Source of the DNA: a bacterium
Lineage (GTDB): Bacteria; SM23-31
NCBI GenBank assembly: GCA_965249485.1
Contig: OZ252239.1
Location: 1,472,001 to 1,536,000, forward strand
Direction: 5' to 3'
DNA length: 64,000 nucleotides
Of this stretch, positions 42,576-54,372 are shown piece after piece. Below the pieces are notes generated by a model. The model saw only the letters and a program-made list of their open reading frames with translations. It had not been told where the DNA came from and made no database searches. The position numbers and the translations under genes were made by a program. Position 1 is the stretch's first letter; every line of letters begins with the position of its first letter.

Positions 42576-42642
42576 GTCGCACAAAAAAATGCATCAACAA
42601 TACAACTTTCATTGATTTGGTTAAGCAAAAAAGGCATCAAAT

Positions 42643-43374
42643 ATGGCTAATCCCCTTGTAGAAAACATTCTTCTTTTTAAACGTCTGTCGCAATATACTG
42701 CGGAGCAGATATTTCAAGTCATTCACGATGAAACACCGCAGACGACCGCAATCATTCTTTCACGTCTTGAGCCAAAAAAAGCGAAAGACATTCTCGAATT
42801 TTTCCCATCCGATGACTTAAAAGATATCGCTTACAGGATGGCAACAGCAAAATCAGTCCCGCCGGAGATACTTAATGAAGTTGCCAACACGTTGGGTGAA
42901 AAGCTGCGAGTGTTTGAGCCAGGTGGAAAAAGTGCGGAACATATCGGTATGAGCGGTCAAGATAAGATGGCTGAAGTCTTGAAACATATGGGATCGTCAC
43001 AAAGCAAAGAACTGCTTGATAGACTCGGCAAGAAAGATGTCGGGATGTCTGATCGAATAAATAGAAAAATGTTCCTGTTTGAAGATATTGTGAAGACCGA
43101 ATCCGAAAGCTTGAAACGTTCACTCATGTCGGTTGACACCTCAAAGCTTGCAGTGGCATTGAAAGGTACGAGTGTCGATATGGTCAAGGCAGTCCTTGAA
43201 GGATTAACTGCTAACCGGCAGAAGATGCTCGCATCGGAACTCAAACATCTTGGGCCACAGCTAAAATCCGATGTTGAGCGTGCCCGTGCTGATATTATTG
43301 CTACGTTACGGGGATTTCTTGATCAAGGGATTCTGCGACTGCGAGGAGATCAGTCTGCGGATGAGTGGGTGTAG
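42643..43374 (+). CDS. fliG: FliG-like protein (middle and C-terminal domains only)
   Basis: ETPQ (EHPQ-like), MFLFEDI, LAVALKG and DEWV C-terminus; 243 aa with no N-terminal domain. Confidence 0.8.
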   Translation: MANPLVENILLFKRLSQYTAEQIFQVIHDETPQTTAIILSRLEPKKAKDILEFFPSDDLKDIAYRMATAKSVPPEILNEVANTLGEKLRVFEPGGKSAEHIGMSGQDKMAEVLKHMGSSQSKELLDRLGKKDVGMSDRINRKMFLFEDIVKTESESLKRSLMSVDTSKLAVALKGTSVDMVKAVLEGLTANRQKMLASELKHLGPQLKSDVERARADIIATLRGFLDQGILRLRGDQSADEWV

Positions 43375-46213
43375 TGTTAGCGAGAATATTCTTCAATTCT
43401 GTCTTGAGATATTGCCCCGTATATGACTGCCGATTGTCCGCGATCGACTCCGGCGTACCGGATGCAACAACTTGTCCCCCATTGTCGCCGCCTTCCGGGC
43501 CGAGATCGATAATATAATCTGCGGTTTTAATCACATCCATATTATGTTCAATCACAATAGCGGTATTCCCTTTTTCCACAAGCCTGCTCAGTACTGTCAG
43601 GAGCTGCTTGATGTCCTCAAAATGGAGACCTGTTGTCGGTTCGTCGAGAATATAAATGGTATTGCCTGTCCCAATTTTAGACAACTCAGTCGAAAGTTTT
43701 ACCCGCTGAGCTTCCCCGCCTGACAAGGTTGTTGCTTGTTGTCCCAGATGAATATATCCCAAGCCGACATCGCTGAGTGTTTCGAGTTTTCTCCTGATCG
43801 GAGGGATATTTCCCAGAAATTCAAGCGCTTCATTGACTGTCATGTCAAGTACGTTTGCTATTGTCTTCCCTTTGTAATGAATTTCAAGCGTTTCACGGTT
43901 ATACCGTTTTCCTTTACAAACTTCACAGGGAACATAGACATCGGGCAGAAAATGCATTTCGATTTTAATAATACCATCACCTTGACACGCTTCACATCGG
44001 CCACCTTTGACGTTGAAACTAAACCGTCCTGGCTGATACCCCCGTAATTTTGATTCAGGCAGCTGTGAATAGAGCATCCTGATATGTGTAAATAGTCCGG
44101 TATAGGTTGCCGGATTAGAGCGTGGTGTCCTGCCTATGGGTGACTGGTCGATGTCTATAACTTTGTCAACATTTTCAAGTCCCTCGATCCGGTCAAAAGT
44201 GAGCGGTTGCTTTTTACTGTGATAAAACTTTTTCGCGAGGGCAGGATAAAGTGTCTCATTGACGAGGGTACTTTTACCGGAACCCGAAACGCCGGTGACA
44301 CAGATAAATGTTCCGAGAGGAAAAGTGACATTAATGTTTTTAAGATTATTCCCTTGGGCACCAAATAGTTTTAACGCTTTTTTGTTTGGCTTTCTCCTCG
44401 TCTCTGGTATGGAGATATCTAATTTTTTCGACAGGTATTTTCCCGTTAGCGATTTTTTATTTCGCATGATTTTTTCAGGTGATCCCTCTGCGATTACGTA
44501 ACCGCCGTTGATCCCAGCACCAGGGCCGAGGTCAACCACATAATCTGCTTCAAGAATAGTATCTCTGTCATGTTCAATAATGATGACGGTGTTGCCAAGG
44601 TCGCGGAGCTTCACTAGTGTATCTATAAGTCGCCTGTTGTCGCGCTGATGCAGTCCGATACTCGGTTCGTCGAGGATATACAAAACACCGACAAGCTGTG
44701 ATCCGATCTGCGTTGCGAGACGGATACGCTGTGCCTCTCCGCCGGACAGTGTTCCTGCAGACCTATTAAGCGTCAGGTAGTCGAGGCCGACATTATTCAA
44801 AAATGCAAGTCGTTCGGATATTTCTTTCAATATCTGGTGAGCGATTTCCTTATCTCGTGCAGATAATTTGAGTTTATCAAAAAAGTGAATGGTATCTTTC
44901 ACCGATATGCATGTTATATCGTGAATGTTTTTTCCGCCTATTTTAACTGCAAGCGGCTCCTTTTTCAGTCGTGCTCCCTCACATTCGGGACATGGGATAG
45001 TATTCATGAAATTTTCAATAAAAGTCCTGATGTATTGTGAGTTTGTCTGTTTATACCGCCTGTTCAAATTAGGAATAACACCTTCGAATTTCCCCGTCCA
45101 CTCTCCATGACCCTTACCGTTCGAGTGGTTATATTTGTAGGTAAACTCTTCTTTTCCCGATCCATATAAGACAACTTTTTTCACTTCATCAGACAATTTC
45201 CTATACGGCGTAAATAAAGAAATTTGATAATGCTGCGCAATCGACTTGAGCATAGTCCGGTACCATTTGCTCCCCTGAATATCTCCCCAAGCCTCGATTG
45301 CGCCTTCCATAATAGATTTATTCTGATCACGGATGACCAGATTCGGATCGATCTCCATTTTTGTACCGAGACCGCTGCATGTAGCGCATGCACCGTAAGG
45401 ACTATTGAATGAAAACATTCTCGGTGCAAGCTCTTCATAGCTGATTCCGCAATGAACACAGGCAAATTGTTCGCTGAACAGCAGTTCCTCACCGTCGATA
45501 ATTGCAATCTGCACAATCCCGCTTCCAAGACCGAGAGCGGTTTCGAGTGAGTCGGCAAGCCTTTTATCTTGATCCATCCTGATTACAAGTCTATCGACAA
45601 CAACATCAATGGAGTGTTTCTTATTTTTTTGCAGCTTGATTTCAGAATGTGCTTCGACAATTTCACCGTCGACCCGGACTCTTATATATCCTTCCTTGAG
45701 AATCTGCTTAAAGAGTTCTTTGTATTCACCTTTTCGGCCGCGCACCAACGGCGCAAGAATCTGTATTTTCGTTCCTTCCGGCTGTGTCAGGATAGTATCA
45801 ACCATCTGTTGAACTGTTTGCCGCTGGATTTCTCTGCTGCATTTATAGCAATAAGGTGTGCCGATACGCGAAAAGAGGAGCCGGAAATAGTCATAAATTT
45901 CAGTAACAGTCGCTACGGTCGAACGGGGATTCTTACTTGATGACCGCTGTTCAATTGAGATTGCCGGAGAAAGTCCCTCGATATAATCGACATCCGGTTT
46001 TTCCATCAAACCGAGAAACTGCCGTGCATAGGCCGAAAGAGATTCAACATACCGGCGCTGACCTTCGGCATAGATAGTGTCGAAAGCCAGAGACGATTTT
46101 CCAGAACCTGAAATTCCGGTAACAACAGTCAATTTATTTCGGGGGAGTGACAAGGAAATATCCTGCAAATTATGCTCCCGTGCCCCCCTAATTGTTATGA
46201 ATTCATTTTTCAT
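43301..46213 (-). CDS. uvrA: Excinuclease ABC subunit A
   Basis: GAREHNL, two GxSGSGKS Walker A motifs, two LSGGEAQR motifs and zinc fingers. Confidence 0.97.
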   Translation of the reverse strand: MKNEFITIRGAREHNLQDISLSLPRNKLTVVTGISGSGKSSLAFDTIYAEGQRRYVESLSAYARQFLGLMEKPDVDYIEGLSPAISIEQRSSSKNPRSTVATVTEIYDYFRLLFSRIGTPYCYKCSREIQRQTVQQMVDTILTQPEGTKIQILAPLVRGRKGEYKELFKQILKEGYIRVRVDGEIVEAHSEIKLQKNKKHSIDVVVDRLVIRMDQDKRLADSLETALGLGSGIVQIAIIDGEELLFSEQFACVHCGISYEELAPRMFSFNSPYGACATCSGLGTKMEIDPNLVIRDQNKSIMEGAIEAWGDIQGSKWYRTMLKSIAQHYQISLFTPYRKLSDEVKKVVLYGSGKEEFTYKYNHSNGKGHGEWTGKFEGVIPNLNRRYKQTNSQYIRTFIENFMNTIPCPECEGARLKKEPLAVKIGGKNIHDITCISVKDTIHFFDKLKLSARDKEIAHQILKEISERLAFLNNVGLDYLTLNRSAGTLSGGEAQRIRLATQIGSQLVGVLYILDEPSIGLHQRDNRRLIDTLVKLRDLGNTVIIIEHDRDTILEADYVVDLGPGAGINGGYVIAEGSPEKIMRNKKSLTGKYLSKKLDISIPETRRKPNKKALKLFGAQGNNLKNINVTFPLGTFICVTGVSGSGKSTLVNETLYPALAKKFYHSKKQPLTFDRIEGLENVDKVIDIDQSPIGRTPRSNPATYTGLFTHIRMLYSQLPESKLRGYQPGRFSFNVKGGRCEACQGDGIIKIEMHFLPDVYVPCEVCKGKRYNRETLEIHYKGKTIANVLDMTVNEALEFLGNIPPIRRKLETLSDVGLGYIHLGQQATTLSGGEAQRVKLSTELSKIGTGNTIYILDEPTTGLHFEDIKQLLTVLSRLVEKGNTAIVIEHNMDVIKTADYIIDLGPEGGDNGGQVVASGTPESIADNRQSYTGQYLKTELKNILANTTPTHPQTDLLAVAESLDQEIPVT

Positions 46214-46688
46214 AAAGTATACTTTACTATTAAATTACATCACGTTCAAATCCTGTAATATCCGGCTAAAACGATACCAAGCCAGCGTATAATGTATGAC
46301 ATAAAGCCGCAACTCGCAAGCATTAATCACCATTTTTTTTGGAGGATATTCACAGTAGTGTCATACTTTTTAGTAGTATTGAAATAATACGTCAAACAAG
46401 ACATCAAATATACGGAATGACGCCAACAGTCTCAATTACCCCTTGATAACCGAACAAAAAAATTGTATCTTTCTTCATAGTATTTTGCATTGGATGAGGC
46501 CGATTTCACTTCTTCCTTTTTCCGGCAATTGTAATCCACAGAACATATATTATCCGTCAAGATCTGTGCAAATATATGTATGAGGATGTCGACATATTAC
46601 TGTTCATCAAGTAGATAGTAAATGTCAGCGTTACCTATTTCTTGTCAAAAAAGAAAATTCGTTTTAGAATAAATTTGAGATTTGTATT

Positions 46689-46922
46689 ATGGATGATTTC
46701 GGGCTACTGTCAATATGTGCTTCGGCATTTACCGGTGTGTTTTTTTTATTGAGCCTCCTTGCAGTAGTAATGAGAATTCTCACAGCTGCCTTTCCGGCTG
46801 TAAGCGGCTCATCTGACAGTCCATCCGGTCCTGCTGACCAAATGATTGTCGCTGCCATTACGAGCGCGGCAGCATCTACATTTCCCGGAGCCCGGGTTGC
46901 GAAAATTGAGGAGAAGATATGA
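46689..46922 (+). CDS. Na+-pumping decarboxylase gamma subunit (OadG-like)
   Basis: Single TM helix (GVFFLLSLL), Pro/Ala linker and IVAAITSA. Confidence 0.75.
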   Translation: MDDFGLLSICASAFTGVFFLLSLLAVVMRILTAAFPAVSGSSDSPSGPADQMIVAAITSAAASTFPGARVAKIEEKI

Positions 46923-48775
46923 TTTATGCAAAGAATCCGAAGACAATTCGTGTCCAGTTGATGACGTTTCGGGATGGCCTTCAAAGTCTCTTTGGGGGAA
47001 AAGTACGAGTAAAGGATATTTTACCGGCAATGGAAGCAGCAGCGCATGCCGGTGTCCGGCATATGGAATTCGGCGGCGGTGCACGTTTTCAGGCGCCATT
47101 ATTTTATGTTGGAGAAGATCCGTTTGAATGTATGAAAACAATGCGAGAGACAGTTGGACCGGATGTTATTCTTCAAATATTAACCCGCTCCGTTAGTGGT
47201 GTTACGCTCACAAATCAGAATATTGAATCGTTGACATTACAGGCGAAACTGATGCACAAATACGGGACAACCTGGGATCGGAATTTCGATTTCATGAATG
47301 ATGTAAGAAACCTGATCAATACAGGTAAGCCAATTGTAGATTCGGGTATGCATCATCAGGTGTGTATTGCTCTCATGGGGCTCCCGTTTAAATCGGATAA
47401 AGCACACACACCTGCATTCTATATCGATATTGCGCGTCAGCTTCTCGATAGTGATGTCCACATCGATTCGATCTGTATGAAGGATGCCAGCGGAACAACA
47501 GATCCGAAAACGGTTTATGAAACTGCAAAAGGTATTAAAAAAATGATGCCGTCTGAGATGCCGTTGTGGTTCCATACACACGATACGGCAAGTATGGGCG
47601 TTGCATGTTATATGGCTGCTGTCGAGGGAGGTGCAGATGGAATCGATCTATCGATCCGTCCGATGTCGAGTGGGACATCACAACCCGATATAAAATCGGT
47701 TGCACACGCATTGAAAGGCACCGGCTATTCACTGGATATTGATGCCGATAAATTGAATGAAGTTGAGTCGATCCTGATTGACAGTATGAAAGATTACGAT
47801 TTTAATCCGGTCGTATTGGCTGCTGATCCCCGCGTTGTCGGATTTCCGATGCCCGGCGGTGCTATCGGCCCGAATGTCCATATGATGGTCAAAGCCGGTA
47901 TTTTAAGTAAATACAGCGATGTTCTTTCTGAATTTCCTACTGTCGTTGAGAAAGGCGGTTCATGGACAAGCGTGACACCGGGCAGTCAGCAGTATTGGCT
48001 CCAGGCGTTTAATAATGTGCTCCTTGGACCGTGGAAAAAAATTGATCCGGGTTACGGCAAGTCGGTGCTTGGGTATTTCGGAAAAACACCGCTACCGCCA
48101 GATCCTGAAATCGTAAAGATTGCTTCGGAACAGTTGAAGCTCGATCCGTTTGACGGTGATCCTCTGGAAGCAGCTGTAAATAATATACCTGTTGCACGTG
48201 AAGAGTTGGAAAAGCGGAAATTACCTACCGATGAAAAATCGATTTTTCTGGTGGTAAGCTCTATGGTTCCGGGCAAAAACATGGAACTCAATGAAGGTAT
48301 CCGTCTACTCTCTGGAAATCCAAAAATTGATCTTCCATTGAAGAAAAAAGAAGAATCGAAACCAGCAGCAGCTCCAGCGGCGTCACAAGCAATCAGTGGA
48401 CCGGTCACCACAACCTGTACGGTCGAAGAAGCGGGTGTTGTCAGGACTTTTACGGTTACTTTAGCTCCTTCGAGTTCCGGCAGTGATGCCGCAGTTCCTG
48501 CTGTACCTATTGCCGTCCCACAGCCGGCTCAGGTTCCAGTAAACGGAAAACCGGTCTTTTCGCCCTTTGACGGAAGTGTTCCGGTTATAGAAATCAATGT
48601 CAAAGTAGGTGATGTGGTCAAAGAGGGTGATGTTGTTGCAGCAATTGAAGCACTTAAAGCAAAACACGACATTCGGAGCCCTCTCGATGGCACTGTTCAG
48701 GCCATACATACTTCAATCGGTAATGAAGTTGAGAAAAGTAATCCCATTATGACGATAACCCCGAAGGCAGGATAA
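46919..48775 (+). CDS. oadA: Carboxyltransferase with biotin-carrier domain (oxaloacetate decarboxylase alpha-like)
   Basis: FRDGLQS, MKDASG, HTHDT, MPGG and VTPGSQ; C-terminal biotinyl domain with EALKAK. Confidence 0.82.
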   Translation: MIYAKNPKTIRVQLMTFRDGLQSLFGGKVRVKDILPAMEAAAHAGVRHMEFGGGARFQAPLFYVGEDPFECMKTMRETVGPDVILQILTRSVSGVTLTNQNIESLTLQAKLMHKYGTTWDRNFDFMNDVRNLINTGKPIVDSGMHHQVCIALMGLPFKSDKAHTPAFYIDIARQLLDSDVHIDSICMKDASGTTDPKTVYETAKGIKKMMPSEMPLWFHTHDTASMGVACYMAAVEGGADGIDLSIRPMSSGTSQPDIKSVAHALKGTGYSLDIDADKLNEVESILIDSMKDYDFNPVVLAADPRVVGFPMPGGAIGPNVHMMVKAGILSKYSDVLSEFPTVVEKGGSWTSVTPGSQQYWLQAFNNVLLGPWKKIDPGYGKSVLGYFGKTPLPPDPEIVKIASEQLKLDPFDGDPLEAAVNNIPVAREELEKRKLPTDEKSIFLVVSSMVPGKNMELNEGIRLLSGNPKIDLPLKKKEESKPAAAPAASQAISGPVTTTCTVEEAGVVRTFTVTLAPSSSGSDAAVPAVPIAVPQPAQVPVNGKPVFSPFDGSVPVIEINVKVGDVVKEGDVVAAIEALKAKHDIRSPLDGTVQAIHTSIGNEVEKSNPIMTITPKAG

Positions 48776-48789
48776 AGGCAGGATAAAGG

Positions 48790-49917
48790 ATGGAAGTTAC
48801 TCTAGAATTGCTTAAGCAGTCTGGCCTCTGGCATATTACAATATCTAACATTATAATGTTTGCTATTGCCGGGACATTGATATATCTTGCGATAAAAAAG
48901 GAGTATGAACCGCTTCTTTTGATTCCGATCGGTTTCGGTGCTATACTTGCCAATCTCCCTTTAGCAGATATGGGATCATATGGCGCAGGACTGCTTAATT
49001 TTATTTACCGAAACGGAATAAAGACAGAATTTCTCCCGCCCATGATTTTTCTTGGTGTGGGAGTATTAACGGATTTCAGACCCTTGCTTGGCAGGCCAAT
49101 TACTTTTGTTCTTGGAGCTTCGGCACAGCTCGGAATATTTGTTGCTGCTCTCGGCGCATACTATTTATTGGGATTTTCTCCAAGAGAAGCAGCAAGTATC
49201 GGTATCATCGGCGGAGCGGACGGTCCGACATCGATATTCCTGGCTGCACGTCTTGCACCCCATCTGCTTGGCGCAGTCGCAGTCGCTGCATATAGTTATA
49301 TGTCGCTTGTGCCCATCATTCAACCGCCAATCTTACGGTTGCTAACCACTAAGAAAGAACGCGCAATCGACATGCCTCAGTTTAAACCGGTTTCCCAACG
49401 TACGGTCATCCTTTTTCCGATTGTTACCGGTGTTATCACTATGCTGTTTATACCGTCAAGTGCCCCATTGATCGGAATGCTTATGTTCGGTAACCTGATG
49501 AGAGAGAGCGGCGTGGTAACCCGGTTGAGTAAAACCGCTGGTGGACCAATGATCGATATTGTTACCATAATGCTTGGACTTGCTGTCGGTGCAACAATGG
49601 ATAGTGAACATTTTCTGAACTGGGCTACGATTAAGATTCTCTTGTTGGGAGCTATAGCTTTTTCATTCAGCACCGCAGGCGGCATCATATTTGGCAAAAT
49701 TCTCAATCTGTTCCTGCCGGATAAGATTAAAATTAATCCCTGTATCGGTGCTGCAGGTGTATCAGCGGTTCCGATGGCAGCACGAGTTGTGCAAAGATTT
49801 GTCAGTGAAGAAACAAACGGAAAGGTTAATCCGCTTTATTCTGCGATGGGACCGAATGTTGCAGGAGTGATCGGTTCTGCAGTTGCGGCAGGTGTCTTTC
49901 TCTCGTTCTTAGGTTGA
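48790..49917 (+). CDS. oadB: Na+-translocating decarboxylase beta subunit
   Basis: EPLLLIPIGFG, IGGADGPT, AAYSYM, GVSAVPMAARV and GPNVAGVIGS. Confidence 0.93.
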   Translation: MEVTLELLKQSGLWHITISNIIMFAIAGTLIYLAIKKEYEPLLLIPIGFGAILANLPLADMGSYGAGLLNFIYRNGIKTEFLPPMIFLGVGVLTDFRPLLGRPITFVLGASAQLGIFVAALGAYYLLGFSPREAASIGIIGGADGPTSIFLAARLAPHLLGAVAVAAYSYMSLVPIIQPPILRLLTTKKERAIDMPQFKPVSQRTVILFPIVTGVITMLFIPSSAPLIGMLMFGNLMRESGVVTRLSKTAGGPMIDIVTIMLGLAVGATMDSEHFLNWATIKILLLGAIAFSFSTAGGIIFGKILNLFLPDKIKINPCIGAAGVSAVPMAARVVQRFVSEETNGKVNPLYSAMGPNVAGVIGSAVAAGVFLSFLG

Positions 49918-50264
49918 TATTTGACTCAATTATAGATAGTTAACTACTTACCGATTTACCTCACCTTTTGCTTGAAAGATCATGGAACAGATTGTACTGA
50001 ACTGTTTCTCATGTTCCGCAAATTATTCTCCAATTACTCCGGATGAACGGATATTCAACGTCTATTCTCGTATGTGTTGTTTCAATTAATATGATTTCCG
50101 TTCGTATTTTTGAACTAAACAGTTTGAAATGTGTTAAAAATGTATGGCAGGTATACTTCCAACAGTAATACACCTATCCTCCTGTCGTCCAAATCATAGA
50201 TTCTGTTGGGCGCATACTGCCCAAAACTGTTTATTACATTGATTAGACACTCATTAAATTACCA

Positions 50265-52424
50265 ATGACCGAACTGTCCCAAATTGTCCCGCAACTTGAA
50301 GAGGAAAAATCGGGAATATTCCGAAATCTCATCAAGCTTGCATTAACCAATCTCGGTGCTAAAGTAGCAATTTATCAGAATGATGGTGTTCTTTTGTGGT
50401 CGAATGAGGCTTACAAAAAGACCAGTGAGTCCGAACGAGAGGGTTCCGGTAGAATTTGTCTCGACCATCTTCACAATGAGCGGGGTTGTCCGGGATATCT
50501 GTTGAAAAAAACTGCGGAACAGGAGGCAATTCAACATTCTACATTCATGATCGAAAATGATGTTAATGAGAGGACGTATTACAACTCGTTTACATTTCCC
50601 GTCTACGATCACGATTCTCAATTCTCGAATATCATTGAAATCTGCTGGAAAATCAGTAAATCCGAGGCGCTTGAACGTCTCACGTGCGGTGCTAACGCAC
50701 TCCTTGACAATCTTGCGGGCACATCTCTCCATGCGATTCTCATTGTCGATGCGAACAATATGATATCGTTCTGGAATACCGGGGCGGAAAAGCTTTTCGG
50801 CTATACATTTGATGAGGTGCTCCATACCCATTATAACTTCCTGTCTAACGATTCTGATCAGACCGAGCAAATCCTCAATCTCATGAATAAATTTTTGAAA
50901 ATTCGTGTGTATATAAAGAACTTTGAAACAGAATTGAAGACGAAAGACGGGAATCTGATTAGAGTCGAGATTACCGGAGCATTTATGCATCCGGAAAGAA
51001 AAGAGCAGTATGGCACCTACTGGATTATTAAAGATATTGGGGTTCGAAAAAGCCTTGAATACCGATACCAGAGAACGATCGAAAAACTCCAGAAACTCCA
51101 TGAAATAGCGTATCTGCTCCATCAGCCGGTGTACGAAGAAGAAATCTACCAGGCTATGCTTGTGAGTGTTACCGCGGGTGAGGGACTGCGGTTTAACCGG
51201 GCGTACCTTTTGATGGCAGATTATGACAACAATGTACTTGAGGGAAAACTCGCAATAGGGCCGGCAAGTCCGGAAGAGGCAGGGAAAATATGGGGACAAC
51301 TGCCGCAGCAATTTACTTCGCTCAGCGGCATTCTCGAATCGTTCAAACACCGTGATCTCAGCATTCACGAACCGATCATGGATGTGGTGCGGTCTATGTC
51401 GACGCCTCTCAATGACAATTCGAGCATCCTGGTGAAAGCGCTGAAAGAGCGTCGCTCATTCCTCGTTAAAAATGGGAGCTGTGCGGTTGCATTTGACGTT
51501 TCAATTTGCACCCAGATTAACAACGACACTTTTTCGGTTATACCAATTAACGCACAGAGCGGTGCAATCGGTGTTCTGCTGGTCGATAATGTGTACAATA
51601 AGAAGGAAATTACCGAAGAAGATATTGAAGCGCTCGAAATTTTTGCTACACAGGCAGGATTTTCTTTGGAAAATGCTCGTCTCCAGAAAAATGTGTCACT
51701 CCGCTTGAAAGAGCTGGAGGAGGCATACGGTACCCTTCAGGACAGTCAGAACAAACTGGTAAAATCAGAACGACTGGCAACTATTGGTGAGGTTGTGGCA
51801 AAAGTCTCCCACGAGATAAGGAATCCCCTCGTCAATATCGGCGGATTTGCCAATCAGCTTCTCCGGAAAACAGATCCAGCTTCAGAAGATTTCCAGTATC
51901 TCAAAATCATAGCTGATGAAACGAGACGGCTCGAAAATATTCTTGGGGATATACTTAATTATTCCTCGGAATATCAGCCAAAAAAAGAATTGGTAAATCT
52001 GGGAGTTTTACTCGACAAAAATTTGTTAATATTAATGGATGAGATTCATCAGCATGCAATCGGGCTAAACCTGAATTTTGAAGATGCGGATTGCATTCTC
52101 TATGTGGATCCGAATCAGATCACACAGGTGTTTCTGAATATCATGCGCAATTGCATTCAGGCAATGCCGAAAGGCGGCAAAATGTCTGTCAGTTTTAGCC
52201 GCAACAACGGTTTTGCCGTCGTAACAATCAAAGATACCGGTGTCGGTATCAGAAAAAAAGATATGGGATATCTCTTTCAGCGGTTCTACACAACGAAATC
52301 GAATGGTCTGGGTTTGGGACTACCGATCAGCCAGCAGATTATGAAAGTGCATGGTGGCTCTATTGAGGTGCGCAGTAAATACCGCAAAGGAACGGCGTTT
52401 GAAATATATTTACCGACTACTTGA
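50265..52424 (+). CDS. PAS/GAF sensor histidine kinase
   Basis: WNTGAEKLFGY (PAS), a GAF region, HEIRNPL, DTGVG and GLGLGL. Confidence 0.9.
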   Translation: MTELSQIVPQLEEEKSGIFRNLIKLALTNLGAKVAIYQNDGVLLWSNEAYKKTSESEREGSGRICLDHLHNERGCPGYLLKKTAEQEAIQHSTFMIENDVNERTYYNSFTFPVYDHDSQFSNIIEICWKISKSEALERLTCGANALLDNLAGTSLHAILIVDANNMISFWNTGAEKLFGYTFDEVLHTHYNFLSNDSDQTEQILNLMNKFLKIRVYIKNFETELKTKDGNLIRVEITGAFMHPERKEQYGTYWIIKDIGVRKSLEYRYQRTIEKLQKLHEIAYLLHQPVYEEEIYQAMLVSVTAGEGLRFNRAYLLMADYDNNVLEGKLAIGPASPEEAGKIWGQLPQQFTSLSGILESFKHRDLSIHEPIMDVVRSMSTPLNDNSSILVKALKERRSFLVKNGSCAVAFDVSICTQINNDTFSVIPINAQSGAIGVLLVDNVYNKKEITEEDIEALEIFATQAGFSLENARLQKNVSLRLKELEEAYGTLQDSQNKLVKSERLATIGEVVAKVSHEIRNPLVNIGGFANQLLRKTDPASEDFQYLKIIADETRRLENILGDILNYSSEYQPKKELVNLGVLLDKNLLILMDEIHQHAIGLNLNFEDADCILYVDPNQITQVFLNIMRNCIQAMPKGGKMSVSFSRNNGFAVVTIKDTGVGIRKKDMGYLFQRFYTTKSNGLGLGLPISQQIMKVHGGSIEVRSKYRKGTAFEIYLPTT

Positions 52425-52440
52425 AAGGGGATTTTGAACC

Positions 52441-52797
52441 ATGAGAAAGCTTTTGATAGCTGAAGATGACAAAAACTTGCGTTTACTCTATAAAAAAGAG
52501 TTTACCGATAATGGTTTTAAAGTGGTTTTGGCCAAGACCGGTAAAGAGGCTATTGCAAAGGCGCAGAAAATTAAGCCCGATCTAATCATTATGGATATTC
52601 GTATGCCGGGATTGGGCGGTATAGAAGCAATGAACGAAATTAAATCGTTTGCGCGAAATACACCGGTGATTCTCAATACAGCGTATCCGATACATCAGGA
52701 AGATTTTTCTACTTGGCCTGCATCGGCATATGTGGTGAAATCTTCGGATATGAGCCTGTTAAAGCAGAAAGTGGAAGAAGCATTGATGCGGAACTGA
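52441..52797 (+). CDS. Single-domain response regulator
   Basis: AEDD, MDIRMPG, NTA and VVKS. Confidence 0.9.
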   Translation: MRKLLIAEDDKNLRLLYKKEFTDNGFKVVLAKTGKEAIAKAQKIKPDLIIMDIRMPGLGGIEAMNEIKSFARNTPVILNTAYPIHQEDFSTWPASAYVVKSSDMSLLKQKVEEALMRN

Positions 52798-52811
52798 AAA
52801 TGTAACCGGTT

Positions 52812-54191
52812 CTAAAGATAATATTTTTTCACTTTATACCGCATAGTCCTGAGACTGATACCGAGCAGCTCTGCTGCCTTTGTCTTATTGTAATCAGTTT
52901 TTTCAAGCGCTTTCTGGATGATCTGCCGCTCAGATAACTCAAGCTGGGTTGAATAATCGAGTTCGTCTTCAGGAAACTGCGATAAAGAAGCATTTGTACC
53001 TTTGATGTCGCGGGCATGCAAATACTGCGGCAGGTCAATGATAGCGATTGTTTTTTTTTCGCACATTACAACGGAATTTTCAATCGCATTTTCAAGTTCA
53101 CGAACATTGCCCGGCCAGGCATAATTGGTCAATAATTCTATAGCTTCAGACGATATTTTCATCCGTTTGAGGTTATTTTTTTCGGTATATTTGTCGATAA
53201 AATGGTCGATCAGCAGGGGAATATCGCCCCTCCGTTTCCGCAATGGAGGAAGCAGTATTGGGATTACATTCAATCGGTAGTATAAATCCTCCCGGAACGA
53301 ATTGTCTTTGATTGCATTCTCCAGATTTGAATTTGTTGCCGCGATCACCCGGACATCTGCCGTTTGTGTTTTAGTGCTGCCAAGGCGCGTAAAGGTCCTT
53401 TCCTGCAGCAGCCGCAGCAGTTTCATCTGGACAGCCGGATTGATATCGCCGATTTCATCGAGGAGAATCGTCCCACCTTCTGCGGTTTCGATCCTGCCGA
53501 GTTTTGTCTTATCCGCCCCAGTAAAAGCGCCCTTTTCATACCCGAAAAGCTCGCTGTCAAGCAACGTATCGGGAAAAGCGGAACAGTTGATCTCGACAAA
53601 CTGTTTCTTGTTCCGGTTGCTGTGTTCATGGATAGCATGGGCAATGAGTTCTTTGCCAGTGCCGCTTTCACCGCGTAGCAGAACGGTCGAATTGGTTTTA
53701 GCGACTTTCAGCACTTTCTCAAAAACTTCCACAATCGGTCCCGACACACCGACAATGTTATCCATGCTGTATTTTGCGGCAATCTTCGATTTCAGATCGG
53801 TGATTTCCCGCTTCATACTGCTTTCATCGAGCGCTTTTTTCGTGATGACGAGAAGCTCATCGATATTCTTGATAGGTTTGGTAATGTAGTTATATACGCC
53901 GTCTTTCATAGCCTGAACGGCGCTCTCGACGGTGCCGAATGCAGTAATTATGACAACCTGTGTGGCAGGGTAATCTTTGAGGACATTCCGGGAGAGCTCA
54001 AGGCCATCCATACCGGGAAGCTGCAAGTCGGTAATAACGAGGTCTATATCCTGTTTAGACAGATGATCAATCCCGTCCTCGGCCGACAGGGCAGTGAAAA
54101 CCTTGTACCCCTCCTGGGACATAATCTCTTTTAAACCGTTAAGAGTGTGTTCTTCGTCATCGACAATCAGCAGTGTGTCTTTTTTCGCCAT
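52812..54191 (-). CDS. NtrC-family sigma54-dependent response regulator
   Basis: Receiver domain, GESGTGKE, GAFTGA, WPGNVRELEN and Fis-type HTH; start moved to ATG at 54191. Confidence 0.93.
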   Translation of the reverse strand: MAKKDTLLIVDDEEHTLNGLKEIMSQEGYKVFTALSAEDGIDHLSKQDIDLVITDLQLPGMDGLELSRNVLKDYPATQVVIITAFGTVESAVQAMKDGVYNYITKPIKNIDELLVITKKALDESSMKREITDLKSKIAAKYSMDNIVGVSGPIVEVFEKVLKVAKTNSTVLLRGESGTGKELIAHAIHEHSNRNKKQFVEINCSAFPDTLLDSELFGYEKGAFTGADKTKLGRIETAEGGTILLDEIGDINPAVQMKLLRLLQERTFTRLGSTKTQTADVRVIAATNSNLENAIKDNSFREDLYYRLNVIPILLPPLRKRRGDIPLLIDHFIDKYTEKNNLKRMKISSEAIELLTNYAWPGNVRELENAIENSVVMCEKKTIAIIDLPQYLHARDIKGTNASLSQFPEDELDYSTQLELSERQIIQKALEKTDYNKTKAAELLGISLRTMRYKVKKYYL

Positions 54192-54372
54192 AAAGCAATT
54201 TCCGTAACAAAGTGTCCTAAAATACAAAAATGCATTCCATAATGCAATAAGGTAATGCACGTGTGGTATGGGGAGCGGGTTGAGCTGTATATGGAAATAA
54301 AAAGGGCAGTGCGTATGAAGATCAAACACTGCCCGTAAAGAAGAAAGTAAAGAGAAAATGGGAAGCAGGGGA

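Noticed and set aside
50343..51368. 341-aa antisense ORF inside the histidine kinase, and the many other 60-195 aa overlapping ORFs in the track
   Set aside because: These are shadows of well-supported genes on the other strand or frame, with no motifs or RBS.
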